64,000 nucleotides of DNA, taken from NCBI GenBank assembly GCA_965645245.1, contig OZ287078.1, forward strand, positions 1,736,001 to 1,800,000, read 5' to 3'. Below, piece by piece: positions 23,923 through 37,789 of this stretch (its first letter is position 1; each line of letters begins with the position of its first letter). This DNA is from Massalongia carnosa (Eukaryota). Both the position numbers and the translations under genes were made by a program. Below the pieces are notes generated by a model. That model was not told where the DNA came from, made no database searches, and saw only the letters and a program-made list of their open reading frames with translations.

Positions 23923-26900
23923 CGGCAACCGTAGATCGAAGTTCAATGAACCTTTTGATGTTCAGTTCACAGCATGACAGTAGCTCCCTCCATCAAGGCC
24001 TGATTCCACGCAGGCTATTGATGACAGTTGGTGTGATTACCTGGATAACGTCTATGAAATTCCTTTACTCTAGTAGTTGCGTTATTAACGTACTCAGCGT
24101 ATTCCCTAGTAGGATCGTTCCATCCTATCCACTGCACAAGGTACTTCAGGCGTTTTCGCACAAGCTTGGAGTCGAGAATTTCCTCCACTTCATACTCATC
24201 CTCGCCGTCGACGAGGACTGCTGGGGGAGCCGGAGGGATGTGGCCAGGATGAGGATCGCGAGGGACAGGGGTCAGGAGCGAGACTGGAACACTGGATGGA
24301 TTTTCATACCGGGAGGGAGGTCGAGGCGATACGCGTATTTACTGACGACTTGGGACACCCTGAAGGGACCGAGCTTCTTCCAGTCCAGTTTGCGAGCAGG
24401 TCTCTGAGTACGTATGTTTTTGGCATTCAGCCATACGCTGTCTCCTACTTCATAAACCGGAGCTGGGACTCGATGTTCATTGGCGTTTGACTCATATTTC
24501 GCTTGCGAGAACTGCATTTCTTCTTGAAGCTTTCTGCTTATTTCCTGCATTCTGATGACAAAGCTCTCAGCGTTGAGACTTGCGGGTGACGATACTTGAT
24601 CCACAGGCTCGAATCCTATACGCGGATGAAATCCCATTTCTGCAAAGAAGGGGCTGAAGCCAGTGGTCTCCGAGGTCGTATTATTGCCGGTGAACTCTGC
24701 CAGCGGTAACCAGTCAACCCAATCGTCCTGTAAGTAGTCGGAGTACATCCGCTGATATTGTTCCATGGAGGAATTGACTCGCTCCGTCTGCCCGTCGGTT
24801 TCCGGGTGAAAGGCTGTAGACAGAAGACCCTGAATTCCCAAACGCTTGCACAATGATTTCCAAAAATCTGCGACGAAAAGCACTCCTCGATCTGAGATGA
24901 TTGTTCGTGGTAGCCCATGTAATCTCCAGATATCCTTCAGGAACAGTGCGGCGAGGCCCTCGACGTCGAGAGTGGTGAGGCAGGGCGAGAAGTGGCGTCT
25001 CTTGGAAAGACAAGCAACCACTACCATGATCGCATCGAACCCTTGCTCTCGGGCAGACCGGTGACAAAGTCCACTGAAATATCCTGCCAGCGTTGTTCTG
25101 GTACCGGCAGAGGCCTGAGTACTCCCATCTTTCCTTGACGAGAGGTCTTGCTTCGGGCGCAAACATGACAATGCTTCACGTACTTGGCTATGAACTGATA
25201 AAACCGAGGCCAATAATACTGACGTTGCATAAGATCAAAATTCTTTGCTCTTCCTGGGTGTCCCGCTACTGGGTTGTCGTGCATTATTCTACAGAGTTTC
25301 TTTTTCAGTGCATGTGAGTCCGGGACGCACATCTTCCCTCGATAATGCAGTCGACCATTGAATTATTCGCACTCCGCCAAGGAGATTTCTTTCGAGTGGC
25401 TTACTTTGTCTCGCAATAGTCCAAGAATTTTCGTCGGAAATGAGTCGACTTGAAGGCCTTCAGTCCAGATTTCTTCCAGAGTCCGTTCGGCCTCTTGCTC
25501 CGTTTGACGATCGTCAACTTGACTAGCATTGTCTACACTATTGCTCAGAAATTCCAGATTTCGAGGTTTCAAGACCACTTGATGTTGAATTTTCAATCGA
25601 GAGTCATCCTCCCCTTCAGGTAGGTCTTGAGACCTTCTAGTCAGTGCGTCTGGTTTTCCTCCACTCTTTCCTGGGCGGTACACGATCTTGAAATCAAAAC
25701 GGGAAAGATACTATGACCAACGAGCTTGACGGCGGTTTAGCTGCTTGGTTGTCATGAAGTACTCTAGATTCTTGTGATCTGAAATGACATGAATGGGAAA
25801 GGCAGCTCCTTCGAGCTCTGATCGCCATTCCTCAAAAGCACGAACGATAGCCATGAGTTTTTTGTCATAGATTTTCATAATTGATTTCTGCAGGGGAGTG
25901 TTTCTTGGAGAAAAAGGCTACCGGCCTCAATACTCCCTCAGCATCGTACTGTGACAGAACTCCTCCAACTACCCAGTCGGAGGCATCGACTTCAACTATA
26001 GTTTTCTTCTCTGGATCGAAATGCATCAAGACTTGATCGCTGACAAAAGCATCCTTTAGGGCCTGAAAGGCTTTCTCGCACTCCTGATACCAGGCAAAAA
26101 CAGTGTTCTTCCGAGTCAACTTGATCAACGGAGAGGCTATTTCAGAGAATCCTCTGACGAAACGACGGTAAAAGTTGGCAAAACCCACAAAGGCCTGAAT
26201 ATCTCTAACGTTCTTTGGCGAGGCCCATTCTTTGATGGCCAGAACTTTCTGAGGATCCATGCGTATACCATTGTCGGATATTATCAGTCCCAGGTAGGTA
26301 GTCTCGGTGACGAAGAACTCGCATTTCCCAATATCTAACTGAAGTCCAGCGGCTCGAAGCGCTTCCAGCACTTTTCGTACATGAACCTTATTTTCCTTGA
26401 CAGACTTGCTGTAAATCAGGATATCATCAATATAGGCAGTGCAGAAGGCGTCGAGATATTCTCTAAGAACATCGTTGATATAAAGCTGAAAGGAGCCTGG
26501 TCCTCCACATAGTCCAAATGGCATTACATTGTACTCATAGAGACCAAATCGCGTCTTGAACGCCGTCATCCACTCTTGTCCCTTCTGAATGCGCAGCTTG
26601 TTGAAGGCTGCCACTATGTCGAACTTGGAGAAGATCACCGCTTTGGCTAGTCGGTCTAGGGTTTCCTGAATCAGAGGTAGTGGATAGCGATTCTTAACTG
26701 TAATGGCATTCAGGCCTCGGTAATCTACATAGAAACGAAGTCCTCCGGAAGGCTCTCGGGCGAACAGAACAGGAGAGGAGGCAGGCGATGAGCTAGAGCG
26801 GATGAATCCCTACGCGAGGTTTTCCTTTAGGTATTTCTGTAAAACTTGTAATTCAGGGGCTGACATCTTGTACAGTGGGCCCGAAGGAGGAACAGCTCCC

Positions 26901-28984
26901 TCGGTCAGAGTGATCTTGTGATCATAAGAACGATGTGGTGGAAGTTTATCGGCTTCCTTCTTGGAGAAAACATCTAGTAAGTCATGGAATTCCTTGGGCA
27001 CAACAGTGGCAGGATCAACATAAATCTTGGGTTTTAACGTCTTCTCGACGTCCTCCAGGGATGCAGCAGAAAGGTTAACGGCTTGACTAGCCTTAACCGC
27101 TTCGTCAATTTCATAAAGGGAAGCAGTGAATATCTCATTCTTCCGATTCTTCATTAGGGTCGAGAAAGGGGCGGCCCCGATCATGGAAAACTCAAATCTG
27201 GAGACAGGATAGAGGACAGAACAGGAGACAGAACAGGGGACAGTAAAGGATGCATGAGCTTCGAGGGTTCAAGACTAGCGTTAACACGGAGGTTCTTAGG
27301 TTCAGAGGGTTCGACCACCTCCCACTTGATATCCTGGACAGGCATGTACAATTGGGCAGGCTCGAAAGGTTCAATAGCCTCGAGAGGGACCTTGTCCTCA
27401 AGAGGTTCAATAACTGTAGGTTTCAAGAAAGAAGCAGCCTCGAGGGGAGGCTCTTCCGAGAGGTCATGGGTACCAGGAATGACAAGAGGTGAGCGTTTTT
27501 TCATTAAAAACTCCTGAAAACAGTGAGGGGACGAAAAGGTCAGACTATTATGCACCCAGCTAATGGATGGATCGTGGATTTGAAGCCATTTGACTCCCAG
27601 AACAACAGGATAGTGACCCAACTGGGTAACGAAAAACGAACCACGTTCCGTGTGATTCTTGACGTTCATCCCCAAATTAGCCAGATGGGTCAACATTCCT
27701 CCAGCGGATGGGCGACCATCCACTACGTTGAGGACACGAGGGTGAGCAAGGGGGGTAAGGGGCAGGGAGTTTCTTTGCGCGAAGGAGGCATCAATAAATG
27801 CATAACCAGCGGCACCGCAATCGATCAGGGCATGGGTGTAGAAGGAACGGTTGTCAACAGAAAGTCTAATAGGTATGACGAGGTGTCTACCATCTAACGA
27901 ATCTTCTGATAGAGAAAAAACCGAAATTGACACTGGAGGTCCTTCCAATGGTCTTCGAGCGCGACTTAGCTCGAAGACTCTACATTTTCCGCCTGTTCAG
28001 CGAGAGTGACCTCATTGAGGCGTGATGGCCTCGGCTTTCCCGAACCCTTGGCTAACTTTGGGCAGTTCGTAGCGAAATGTCCAGACTCTCCGCAATAACG
28101 ACAGAGGCCCTCGGTCATCCGTCGACTGACCTCGCTGCAGGTAGTTTCCCTCGCCCAACGGCTGAGAGGTCCATGGGGTCAGAGGCCGGAGCCGCAGAAG
28201 GGGACGAGGGGGCGGACGAAGAGGCACGAGGCAAAGCAACACCTCCTCCCATCGGCGGGCGAGGAGTACTTCCTACAGAGCGCGACGAAGGGGACCGAGA
28301 CGAGAAGGGCTTCCGGAATGAGGCGTTGACATTGCGCTGACGGGTGTCCAGCTTCTGCAGTAAAGAAATCAGTCCGTTCAGGTCGTTCGGTAGATCCTGA
28401 GTGACCATCAACTGCTTAAGCTCGTCGCTCACCCCGTCTAGAAGGGCTGAACGTTGGGCTTCCTCGTCAAAGTTGGTGTCAGGGACTAAGCGCTGAAAAT
28501 CGGAGAGGTACACATGAAATTCTCGATTGCGCTGACGGAGGGAGCGGAGTTCTCGTTGAGCGGTTGCCTTCTTATCTGGGTCGCCGAAGGATCTCTCTAA
28601 CATCACTAACAGGGCTGGAACATCCTCGAGAGCGATCTCGTTCTCGGACTTGACATATGGCTGAATTTGGAACAATGCCAAACCTTCCAGTCGACTGATA
28701 GCATAAATAAGACCCGCCTTGGGGCCTGCATATCGATCAGCGTTAACGAAGAGCTTAAGGTGAAGTTGAGTGATCCAGGAATGAAGCTCCTCCTTGTTTC
28801 CCGAAAACTTTGGAATATCAGGAAGCTTTTCAGAACGGCTGTCTCCCCTGGCTGTGGTTTGACACTGATGCTCTTGGATTTGCTGACGGAGGGTAGAGAC
28901 AATGGCGCGAGCAGAAAAGTTTTCATTATTGGAGACCCGGAGCTGCTCATACAGTTCGTTAAATGATTCGTTATGCTTACCCAT
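23923..28984 (-). mobile_element. Degenerate Ty3/Gypsy chromovirus (gag, PR, RT, RNase H, IN, chromodomain)
   Basis: Gag 28115-28984 plus knuckle [49 protein letters not shown]...TDGQTER; chromodomain EYEVEEILDS near 24180; multiple stops and frameshifts; PPT-like tract, then TGTCA at 23979 (probable 3' LTR start). No 5' LTR recognised. Confidence 0.9.
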
Positions 28985-29808
28985 AATAGGGCAGGAAATA
29001 ATGGGGAGGCCTATTCCGCAAATGCCAATTTTACCTAGTGTCCATCAACAAAAAGCCGGCATGTTGAAACAGTTCTCCCTTGTATGGGAAGTGGCAGTAG
29101 GACAGTGGGCTCATGCAGACACAAAATGGGCCAATTTGATCGCTCCGGAACAAGGGGCGCGTTTTCGAGCCAGATTATTTGAATGGCGTGAAGCGACCTT
29201 TCCACCGCATCGACGCGCGGTACTGGATCAGCTATGGACGCCTCGACAATGGGAAGAGATTTGGGCGCGTCAGAATCCATGGGATGATCAGATACAGATG
29301 TGGGAGGAGGATATAGATCATGAGCCGAACGGATCGGACGAATAGGAAAGTGGGGGGGATGGGGAGGTTAGAGAGAAAGGAGGCGAGCAGTATGTGAGGG
29401 AGGGGTGAAGGGTTTGGTGATGTTATAGAGGCTAACGGGGATGGATCGATCTAATGCTTGAGGATTAGTTATGAAGCTTTTGAGGATTCTGTGCCACTCT
29501 GCAGTGCCATTTTTTATCGGCTTGCATTTATCTCATCCGCTCACAGCACTACGTCTAAGATGTCATCCCCGTTCAGGAGTCTCGTGACCCATAATCGGAG
29601 TCTATAAAAGCAGCAGAAAAGCATTAGAAAAAGTGGGAGCGAGAATGATAATGAGTAGCGTCAGCGTGCCCACTCCTAGTGGCAGGTCGGGGGAGGTGTC
29701 GATCACTGGGTAAGTGCCAAGCTTCGATTATTATCTAGGAATGATGAAGAGACTGAAACCTTTAGGTTAAAAAGAAAAGACGGTATAAATCTAGAGGATG
29801 TGATACAT

Positions 29809-30448
29809 GATGATGATGATTGATTCTTGTACCGATCTGACACCGGCCGAAGGCCGACCCATGCGGGCTATCTACTTATTCTTACAGGGAAAACCTTTTA
29901 AAGGGATAAAAACCATGCAGACTGCGCCATTATCCCAAAGGTGTTCCGTTTCTGGACTGCATTCTTCGCTCGATATTCTGTGAAATCCTTGACAAAATGA
30001 GAGTTATCACTCGTATAACAGTTGCGATGCTAGTGAGAATTGGGTCAGCAAATTTGCTTTTATTATCCATGTGGTTAGTTTTTTCAACATTTTCGACGAG
30101 CTCATGATCGTTCGATAGTCGTTGGTGCCTATTTGTTTTAGCACTTCGTATCTGCCGTCGATTAGCCTGCAATGTAGAATGATGTGTTTGGCTGTCTGCT
30201 TCTGCCATCCGCACGAGCAGGCCGGGGTCATAACGCCCGGTACCCGACGATTGAACAGGAAGTTTGCCAAGCCTATTTTTTCGGTGCGGATTTGCGTGGT
30301 TAGCGCGCTTTCCGCTTTCATCAGGTTGTTGTGAATCTTCAGTCTCGTCCTACTGAGAGATCCCAACTGTGCCTCTGTCGGGCGGGGAATGCGGTTCTGG
30401 TACGTCTTCCATTTGGAGTCCCAGCGTTCCTTGATGCGTTCTGTGGTG
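29809..30448 (-). mobile_element. 5'-truncated Tad1-like LINE (ORF2 C-terminus plus 3' UTR)
   Basis: QIRTEKIGL...CSCG...TAKHIILHC; (ATC)n tail; 13-bp TSD GGATGTGATACAT at 29796-29808 and 30449-30461. Confidence 0.9.
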
Positions 30449-30769
30449 GGATGTGATACATAATAACAACCTAGAAATTCCATCAAGAAGCGCATGTTTC
30501 AATTCAATGTTTTCCCACGACATAGCTTCTTGTCGGCTTTTTGCTTCAGCGTTCTGTCGAAGGATCTAGCTAACTAGTGTTTGCTTGAGTAGTTCCTGAT
30601 TATGCCGCTTCTTAGTACGATCTGATTGTGCTTGTCGCCTCGCTCGCTCGACTTTGGATGTCATCATTTCATTTGAGCTACGGACCTAAGCACAGCTTAA
30701 TATGTTTAACTCGGATAAAATTTCAACCGAAAATCGATTTGAGAAAACCATTGATAATGCTTGCAGTCG

Positions 30770-30995
30770 GCCTCCTTTCACCGTCCTTGATTCGTGTATG
30801 CCAATCCAGGTTGACTATACTGATTTGAGTGTCTAGATGCTCCTCTCCCAGTATCCCCGAGCCTGTCTTCATCACTTGTACCTCTAGCTCCTCAGCCTCC
30901 TTTCACCGTCCTTGATTTCAGTAGGTCAATGCTAGTTTGGCCATGTTGCTCAGCGTGGAAGGATGCTCCGGCCTCAATATCCTCTTTCTTGTCTC
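30770..30995 (-). pseudogene. TPR-repeat remnant of the kinesin-light-chain type found in fungal NLRs
   Basis: Minus-strand translation ETRKRILRPEHPSTLSNMAKLALTY*NQGR*KEAEELEVQVMK...LGEEHLDT. Confidence 0.7.
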
Positions 30996-31956
30996 TGCCG
31001 CTTCAGCAACAGTCTCAGCAGTGGAAGAAATCCTCATTAGAATCTTTCTAGGAGAGTTAAGATGATCAGGTAGTAGTAGAGTGAGTATTTGAGAAAGAGA
31101 GGAGGATCAACGGTGTTATGGTGTTAAAAAGTGTCACAAGATGTCGAGGAATTATCTAAGTCGTCGCGACGAGAGGCCCAAAACCGCTACTCTTTCTCAA
31201 GGCTCGCTATTGGATTCTTAGGTGTCTCTCGAGCTCATTCTCCCAGGAGGCCTAGTACAGACTTCTGTATCTAGGGATAAATCTGATTGTCGATGAGGTT
31301 GAGATTTCTGTTTTACGACAGCTTTAGATATATTGGGGATAAATGCACTGGCCCAAGAATGCGGATAAAATGGCAGAGGAGCATGGTAGTAGACATTGAT
31401 TTCTACGAGAAAAGGCGAATTTATTACAAAAAGATAGAAAAAACCAACTAACGCTCCATCTATTGTAGATGACTTTCCTATCGCACCTCATTATAGACAT
31501 CTTCTTGCTTATTTGCGTGCCTATTTGCAGCATCCTTATTCTGCAGTGAATCTACTCGATTTTGCTTGGCGTACCTTCAGAAAACCGAGAGGGAATGGCA
31601 GCGTCGTCATAGTATTTGTAATGAGATATTTTAAAAAAGGTACAAAATTTCGCATAAAAGGTTGCTCTCTAGTAACATATTGAAATATCTGAGAAATTGT
31701 TCACTGGACAATTTTGATCCTCCTGTCAAAGAAAATGAACTCACTTTCATCAAACGCTGTCGATTCGTCAGTTACGCTTTCCCCAAATGGCATTATAACC
31801 ACTGGTTGGCTCTGGAGATGGGATATAGAGATCGACACGACTGCACTCACCTTTCGAGTTCCATTCACGCCAGATCAGAAATCTTCGCCTCATGGCTTGC
31901 GCTTTTTGTCAGAGATCACGGCTACGGCAACTCGCTTTGAAACTGAAATCACAGGG

Positions 31957-33144
31957 CTATGAGGTCCTTGTCAACAAGATATATGGGTATCTGCATGAGG
32001 ATGCGCAGAACAAGGAAGCTATTGAGCCATAATCCGCTTGTAGCGTACTCATATGAGGCTTTGCATGTGTCGTGGAATAGTCAAGGAGCATTCTCGCCTC
32101 AAAGTCCACATAATTTGATAGAGCACAATCCGTAGCAATCTCGGAAGAAGGCGGTGGAAGGGAAGAGGGTTCAGAATATTCCTCCTGGTTCGCAGTGTTT
32201 ATGTAATGAGGCAGCACATTCGTTTCAATACCTGCCTCCCATGTACAGAAGAGGGAGTTTATCGAAGCTCCAGGATGAGTTATACTCGAAAAAGCCATTG
32301 AGCTATAAAGTGGCTGTTGATCAGAGAACGAATTATTCAGTTGCGACCGATCATCGCGTATGATTGGCTCCAAAGTAACTGTTTGTTCAAACAATCGGGA
32401 TGACTTCCCAGCGTTCAAATTGCCCCTACCTGGGGTACCGCGTTGTAATCGATAGCTGCATCCCATCTGCAGAATAAAGAATCGGTCATGTCACGCCTCG
32501 TCTGACCCCCACCTGTAAGAAACACAGAAGAGTCGTCAGGTTGTTGAAGGGATTGCTTCCCAACTAGTGTCATACTACTGCTCGAGTCTAATAAATCACT
32601 TAAACCCCACGATCCGAAGACGTGTCTGAGGTTATTCAATGGCACAGTATCGTACGACTCGCTGGGCTGAAGCCACATATCGGGCATAAAGCTTTCGTGA
32701 CATCTCGTATACGCTGTAGACTCTTCTTCATATGATGGGGTTGGACAGGTTGTAGGCTCTAATGGCGGGATAATATCATCCTGGGGCTCGCAAAGAGCTT
32801 GTTTTGAGTGGATTGAGACTATGTTGGCCTTTCTCCTATGAGCTCTGCGGACATGCTGGTCCAAAAGACGCCTTTGGTTAACAGTCTTTGGACATAGTAG
32901 GCAACGGAAGACTTTCTCGGAATCTTTAAAAACCCCCATGAGCATGGCTAATAATGATTAGATATCGTTCGATGTACGTACGCGAATCTTCATGCCTTTT
33001 CCACGTTGACTTTCGAAGGAATCGTTTCCCACAGACTCTACAATAAGATGCTCCTAACGCTGCCGAAGAGAAGTTGATGGTCAGATAAGCTCTATGGATA
33101 TCGCACTTAGCACCAAGCTCTATGGATACCGCACTTAGCACCAA
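31957..33144 (-). pseudogene. C2H2 zinc-finger protein, probably frameshifted
   Basis: CRVCGKRFLRKSTWKRH and FRCLLCPKTVNQRRLLDQHVRRAH in adjacent ORFs, then low-complexity sequence across a frame change near 32440. Confidence 0.55.
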
Positions 33145-33709
33145 ATTCGCGAAGATGTTCTCTCAGAGAGTCTTTGCATCGACTACCAGAATAAGATCGA
33201 GAACAGGAAGATACTGGACAATTCTCTCGATCGGATTTCGACATGCTGAAGGGAGTATGTAAAGCTGTGGATGTAACAAACACGGAGGAATGCTCTTGCT
33301 TGGAGCGTTGCGGTGTTTAGTCAGCGGCCCAACTCAGCCATGATTCTCTAGTATCCAATTATCATCACGCAATTTGGAACAAGCCACTGGTTATCCAGCC
33401 ACGCGTAATATTAAGTTCTATCTCTAGTACGAAATAAATCTTGAGACCAAACCAAGCACAGTATGGCCCCATTCCTACTTTCCAATTGTTAGACTAGTAT
33501 ACAAACCATCATGTAACGCGTCAATTGCACTGTCAATTCTGCCTCGATATGAATATGAATTGACCATTATGTTGTTGATTGTTGAAGTTGAGGTGTAAAA
33601 TGTTGAAAATGCACTGAGGGGTGCTCTCTGCATTCCGAAAGTGGTCTAGCACGATTACGGAGTACTCCAACATAAAAACCATCTTCTATCCCTCTCGAAT
33701 TCAATCGAC

Positions 33710-35783
33710 ATGGCCGCTGACCAACGAAAACCTGACGCCCAGAAATCAGGGCGGCAAACTTTGAATCGTGAGATGTTCCATTATAGTTCGTCCATTTCGC
33801 TCTTACTCACCTCTGAACAGAAAAGTGCCCTCAAGATATCACAAAGCATCAACCTCAAAAGAAGCGAGCGAACTTCCAAGACCAAACCATTCAGCAGCAT
33901 TCATTTTCCTCTCTGTCAACAAGCAATACTCACAGCTCGGTACGTCCTCTATTCGTTGTAATGTTACCGTGGAAAATTAATCGTAAAAAAAACTGTTCAC
34001 AGGACTTACCGACTTGCGAGAAGCCTTCAGGCCTAGACCAAAGACTCGATCAAAAGCGAAAGCGATCACAAGGAGTTGAAGATCTAGTCCCTCAAACTAA
34101 GGGTCAGCCCTTTGATCTAGAGAGAAAGACTTTCACAAGGGAGAACGAAGAACATCATCAGCTACCATCACCATCAACAAGCAACCCACACCAGCAATCA
34201 TCTGAGAAGAAAAGGAGGAGAGCTGTTTCCCCAGAATCGCGCTCGGAGGAAGTCAATAATCGCTCTCCGAAAAGGCGCAAGGCCTTACGGCAAACAGCAC
34301 AACAATCAGGTACGAGTACATACAGTCCCATTTTTGAGAGGCCTGAAGAAGGGCACGAAGCCTCAGAAAGCGAAGAGGAAGAGAAAGACGACCCTATCAG
34401 CTATTGGACCGCGAACCATACCTGGCCCGACAACTTTGCAGAGTCTCATGCAATTTCTTCGAACAACACCAACAAACGACCGCGAACGTCGGATCATTCT
34501 CAAAGCAGCAAGGATGAAAAATCCCGGAGCTATTCTCAGAGCCGTAAGGATGGAAATGTCCCGGAGCAATATACTAAATCGTACGAAACGTACATTTTCA
34601 CACAAGGTCTGGACATGAATTATATCAAAGGCAGAGAACTTGTTTCTCCAGACAGCAAGGCCAAGATCTTCGAAATATGGAATGCGTGGCCATCTCTCCT
34701 ACTGTTTATTCCGAGGACAAAATACTCCAGGTGATCGAACTTTGCCAGAATGCAAATGAAGCAATGGTAAGCCGAGATGTTACGACGCTGATTTTGCCGC
34801 CAATCAAAGCACTACATCTAACGGACGAAGCAAATATTTTCAAAGATTTTACCGATCAAGTTAGAGCGCAGTGGCATGAGAGTTGGGTTCTGGCAGGACC
34901 TCGGCCTGAACCTGACCTGGCCATTGGCTTCCTCCATTCCGCCTTTACGGTATCAGAAAATGAAAAATTAACCAACTACACATCCTTTGAAAACTTGACG
35001 CGACCAACCAATGAAATGTGTTTCCCGTTCCTGATGTGCGAGGGCAAGTGTGGCAACATGGGACTTGACTATGCTGACCGGCAGAACATGCACAGCTGCA
35101 GTGTGGCGGTCAAGGCGCTTCTGAAGCTCGAGCAAAAGGCGGATCAGTACCGAGAGGACAAGCAATTCGAGAGCTTGCTTGGCAAGATCGTTGTCTATTC
35201 TATCTCACACGATCAAAAAGATGCCCGCCTCTACGGGCATTATGCCTTGGTTGAAGAAGAAAAATGGACGTATTATCGCCATCATATTCGGAAATTCGAC
35301 ATTGCAAACGAGGAGAGGGACCTGCTGGCCCTCCACAATTTTGCTCGCAATATCCTAATGATACACGCTTCAAAACTGTTGAAACGGCTTCAGAAAGCAA
35401 TCGCAGCTCTCCCAGTCTCCTCTACGCTATCATTCTCTGCAGGTACGATGAACTTGGAGGACGACTCGCGAGGCTTCCAACAACCCTCGCAGGGTCGAGA
35501 TGCCGAAGGTTTCGCGATTCCCGTTCTTCCTGCCAGCGCCCAAAAACTGTTCGAAGAGCAAAAGGAGCAGATGGACAAGCTCCTTCAGCAGATGGAACGG
35601 CAAAGGGAGGAGAACAAGGAGAAGGAGGAAAGGCAAAGGGAGAAGGAGGAAAGGCAAAGGGAGGAGATGGAGCAGCAGAGGAAAGAGAACAAGGAGCAGA
35701 TGGATGAGCTAAAGAAGGAAAAGGATGAGCTGAGGGAGCAAATCAAGGGACTCATGAACATACTCAAACAGACGAAGATCTAG
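33710..35783 (+). pseudogene. DUF7924-like (putative PD-(D/E)XK-fold) protein with coiled-coil tail, copy 1
   Basis: PRPEPDLAIGF, FPFLMCEGKCG, ADRQNMHS, YSISHD, LYGHY; 7-bp deletion near 34660 relative to copy 2 shifts the frame. The 5' boundary is uncertain. Confidence 0.65.
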
Positions 35784-36195
35784 ATTTAGAATACTGGATG
35801 CTCATCCGGCTTGGCAGATAGGTATGTGGATTGTTTCGTGAACCATATTTTTAGAATCTAGGAATGATCCTAGAATCCTGACATGGTAGGTAGTCTCCGA
35901 CGAGAGGGTTGAGAGATGCAGTTACAGGAGGGAAGATGGGATAGGAACAGGTATTATCAGATCTCTTAGAACTTTGATTCCTGTCAAGCTTAGTATTGCT
36001 CTGAAGTAGCTAGAGACTATCTAGTGTATGCTATGAGTATTAACATGAGTTGATTCTGGACGTCTCATAACGGCGATCTTCAGCTACCTTATATACTTGA
36101 GGTTCAATGAACCATTCCCATGTGAACCCATGACCGATATGTTCAATAAGCGTATCACGTGACGTATGCGACGCCAAGACTTACGGCTATTAACT

Positions 36196-36661
36196 CAAAC
36201 GTCCCCAAATCACCTATGTGCCAATGCCTCGTGCGCCGTGAGCCTCTTCGCTGGATCAACGTTCATCAAACCACCAATAAGATCTCTGAAGTCCGTGTCT
36301 ACGCCTTTCCACAAAGAGAACAGCTTATGCGGGTTAGCCGTGTTAAAGCTGTCTTGAATAACTTTAAGAACTTCGCATCAAGGACTGTCGCCAAGATGCT
36401 TCAAGAGCCCATTCAGTCCGTCCTCGTCCGCAAAATAAGAGATCTGGCGCTCGAGGACGACTGCTAATGGCTCCTCGCCGTCAGCCGGCTCCTCTTCGTC
36501 GACGGCGAAGATGACTCTCTTAAACACTGCGTAAATGCACTGCATGACGACACTAGTGAACAGCCACTCTAAAATACGAGGGATGGTAGATGACTTACAA
36601 CAACACCGAAAGAGAATATATCGGAGTACTTAACGCGACCTTGAGCATGTGCTTCCGGGCT
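36196..36661 (-). pseudogene. Ser/Thr protein kinase, C-terminal half
   Basis: SPEAHAQGRVKYSDIFSFGV ... LERQISYFAD ... DPAKRLTAHEALAH. Confidence 0.8.
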
Positions 36662-37038
36662 GATCTAGTCAAGACTTATAGCGTATATAACGACGATAGT
36701 ATGAACAACTTTGGTGTACAGTGAAAGGATTCATCGTGCCTGATGCTACCTATGCTGTTGCCTGGGCTACTTTGCATCTCATGCCCTAGTATATGCTATC
36801 GGAGGGCTGGAGATAGGGCGATTGAGAGATTGCTCTGACTACCATACGTACACTTCGTTCAATTTAGACCTTTTATCGCTTTGATGTCTCTATCACGCTA
36901 GTTCTCGCCTCTAGCAAAACAGAACGTACTTAGGTGTGGCTCAGTTTTCAACGTTCGGTTTGCTAACGGCTTCTTCCGCTACAAGCCCTTTTATCCGACT
37001 TCGTCGTCCTAACAGTACAATGAGATCAGTAACAGACC

Positions 37039-37688
37039 ATGCCTAACAGAAGAACGCGTCTACGACCACGGAGCCGGTTGGCCAGTCCGGCCATCGTTAT
37101 ATCATCCAGCGAGTCTTCCAAGAGAAAAGAAATCCGCCGCGCCGCGTCTGTCTTGCTATGTTCGTGCTCCTGAAACTCGACGACTGACGCTATCTAACTT
37201 GCTAGCCTCTGTCGACCTAGCGCTAAAAACCAGAAATTTATCTTGAAAGACGTCTCCCAGTCTGATTTCAAGCATTTTCAGGATATGTACTACTGCCTGC
37301 GCAACTGGCACTTATCTCCGCTTATCTTAAGACACGATCCCGGAGCGGTCGATATTTGTTTACAAATACTTCATAGATGATCTTCTAGGCCTCGCCCGAG
37401 AGGACTTATCGATCGCGCTTATAAAACAAATCCTCAAAGACACATTACGCGGACTTGCGGCGCTGCACGACCAGAACATTGTTCATTCTGATAAACTAGG
37501 CTCCTTCTGTTTATGGGGCTGATACTCTGCAGATAGCCAAGCGAATAATATCTTGGTCGAGCGGAAGAAGGATCATCACGGAATGGTTATTGAACAGGTT
37601 CAGCTCGCCGATATTGAAGACGCTGCATATATACCTCCTGGAAGCGATGTCACTGGTAAACAGATGGGCAACTGAGTGTGGCGGAGCC
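37039..37688 (+). pseudogene. Ser/Thr protein kinase, N-terminal half (inverted relative to the C-terminal half)
   Basis: FILKDV, ILKDTLRGLAALHDQNIVHSD, ANNILVE, VQLADIEDAAY, GN*VWRS; stops present. Confidence 0.8.
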
Positions 37689-37789
37689 TTGCATACAGCC
37701 ACCGAGCTTTCTATTGCTCAGTATTCAGCCCATCCTGTTTGTTGGATTTCTGGACTTACTCGAGCGCATGGGGAATGGAAGGCAAATAC

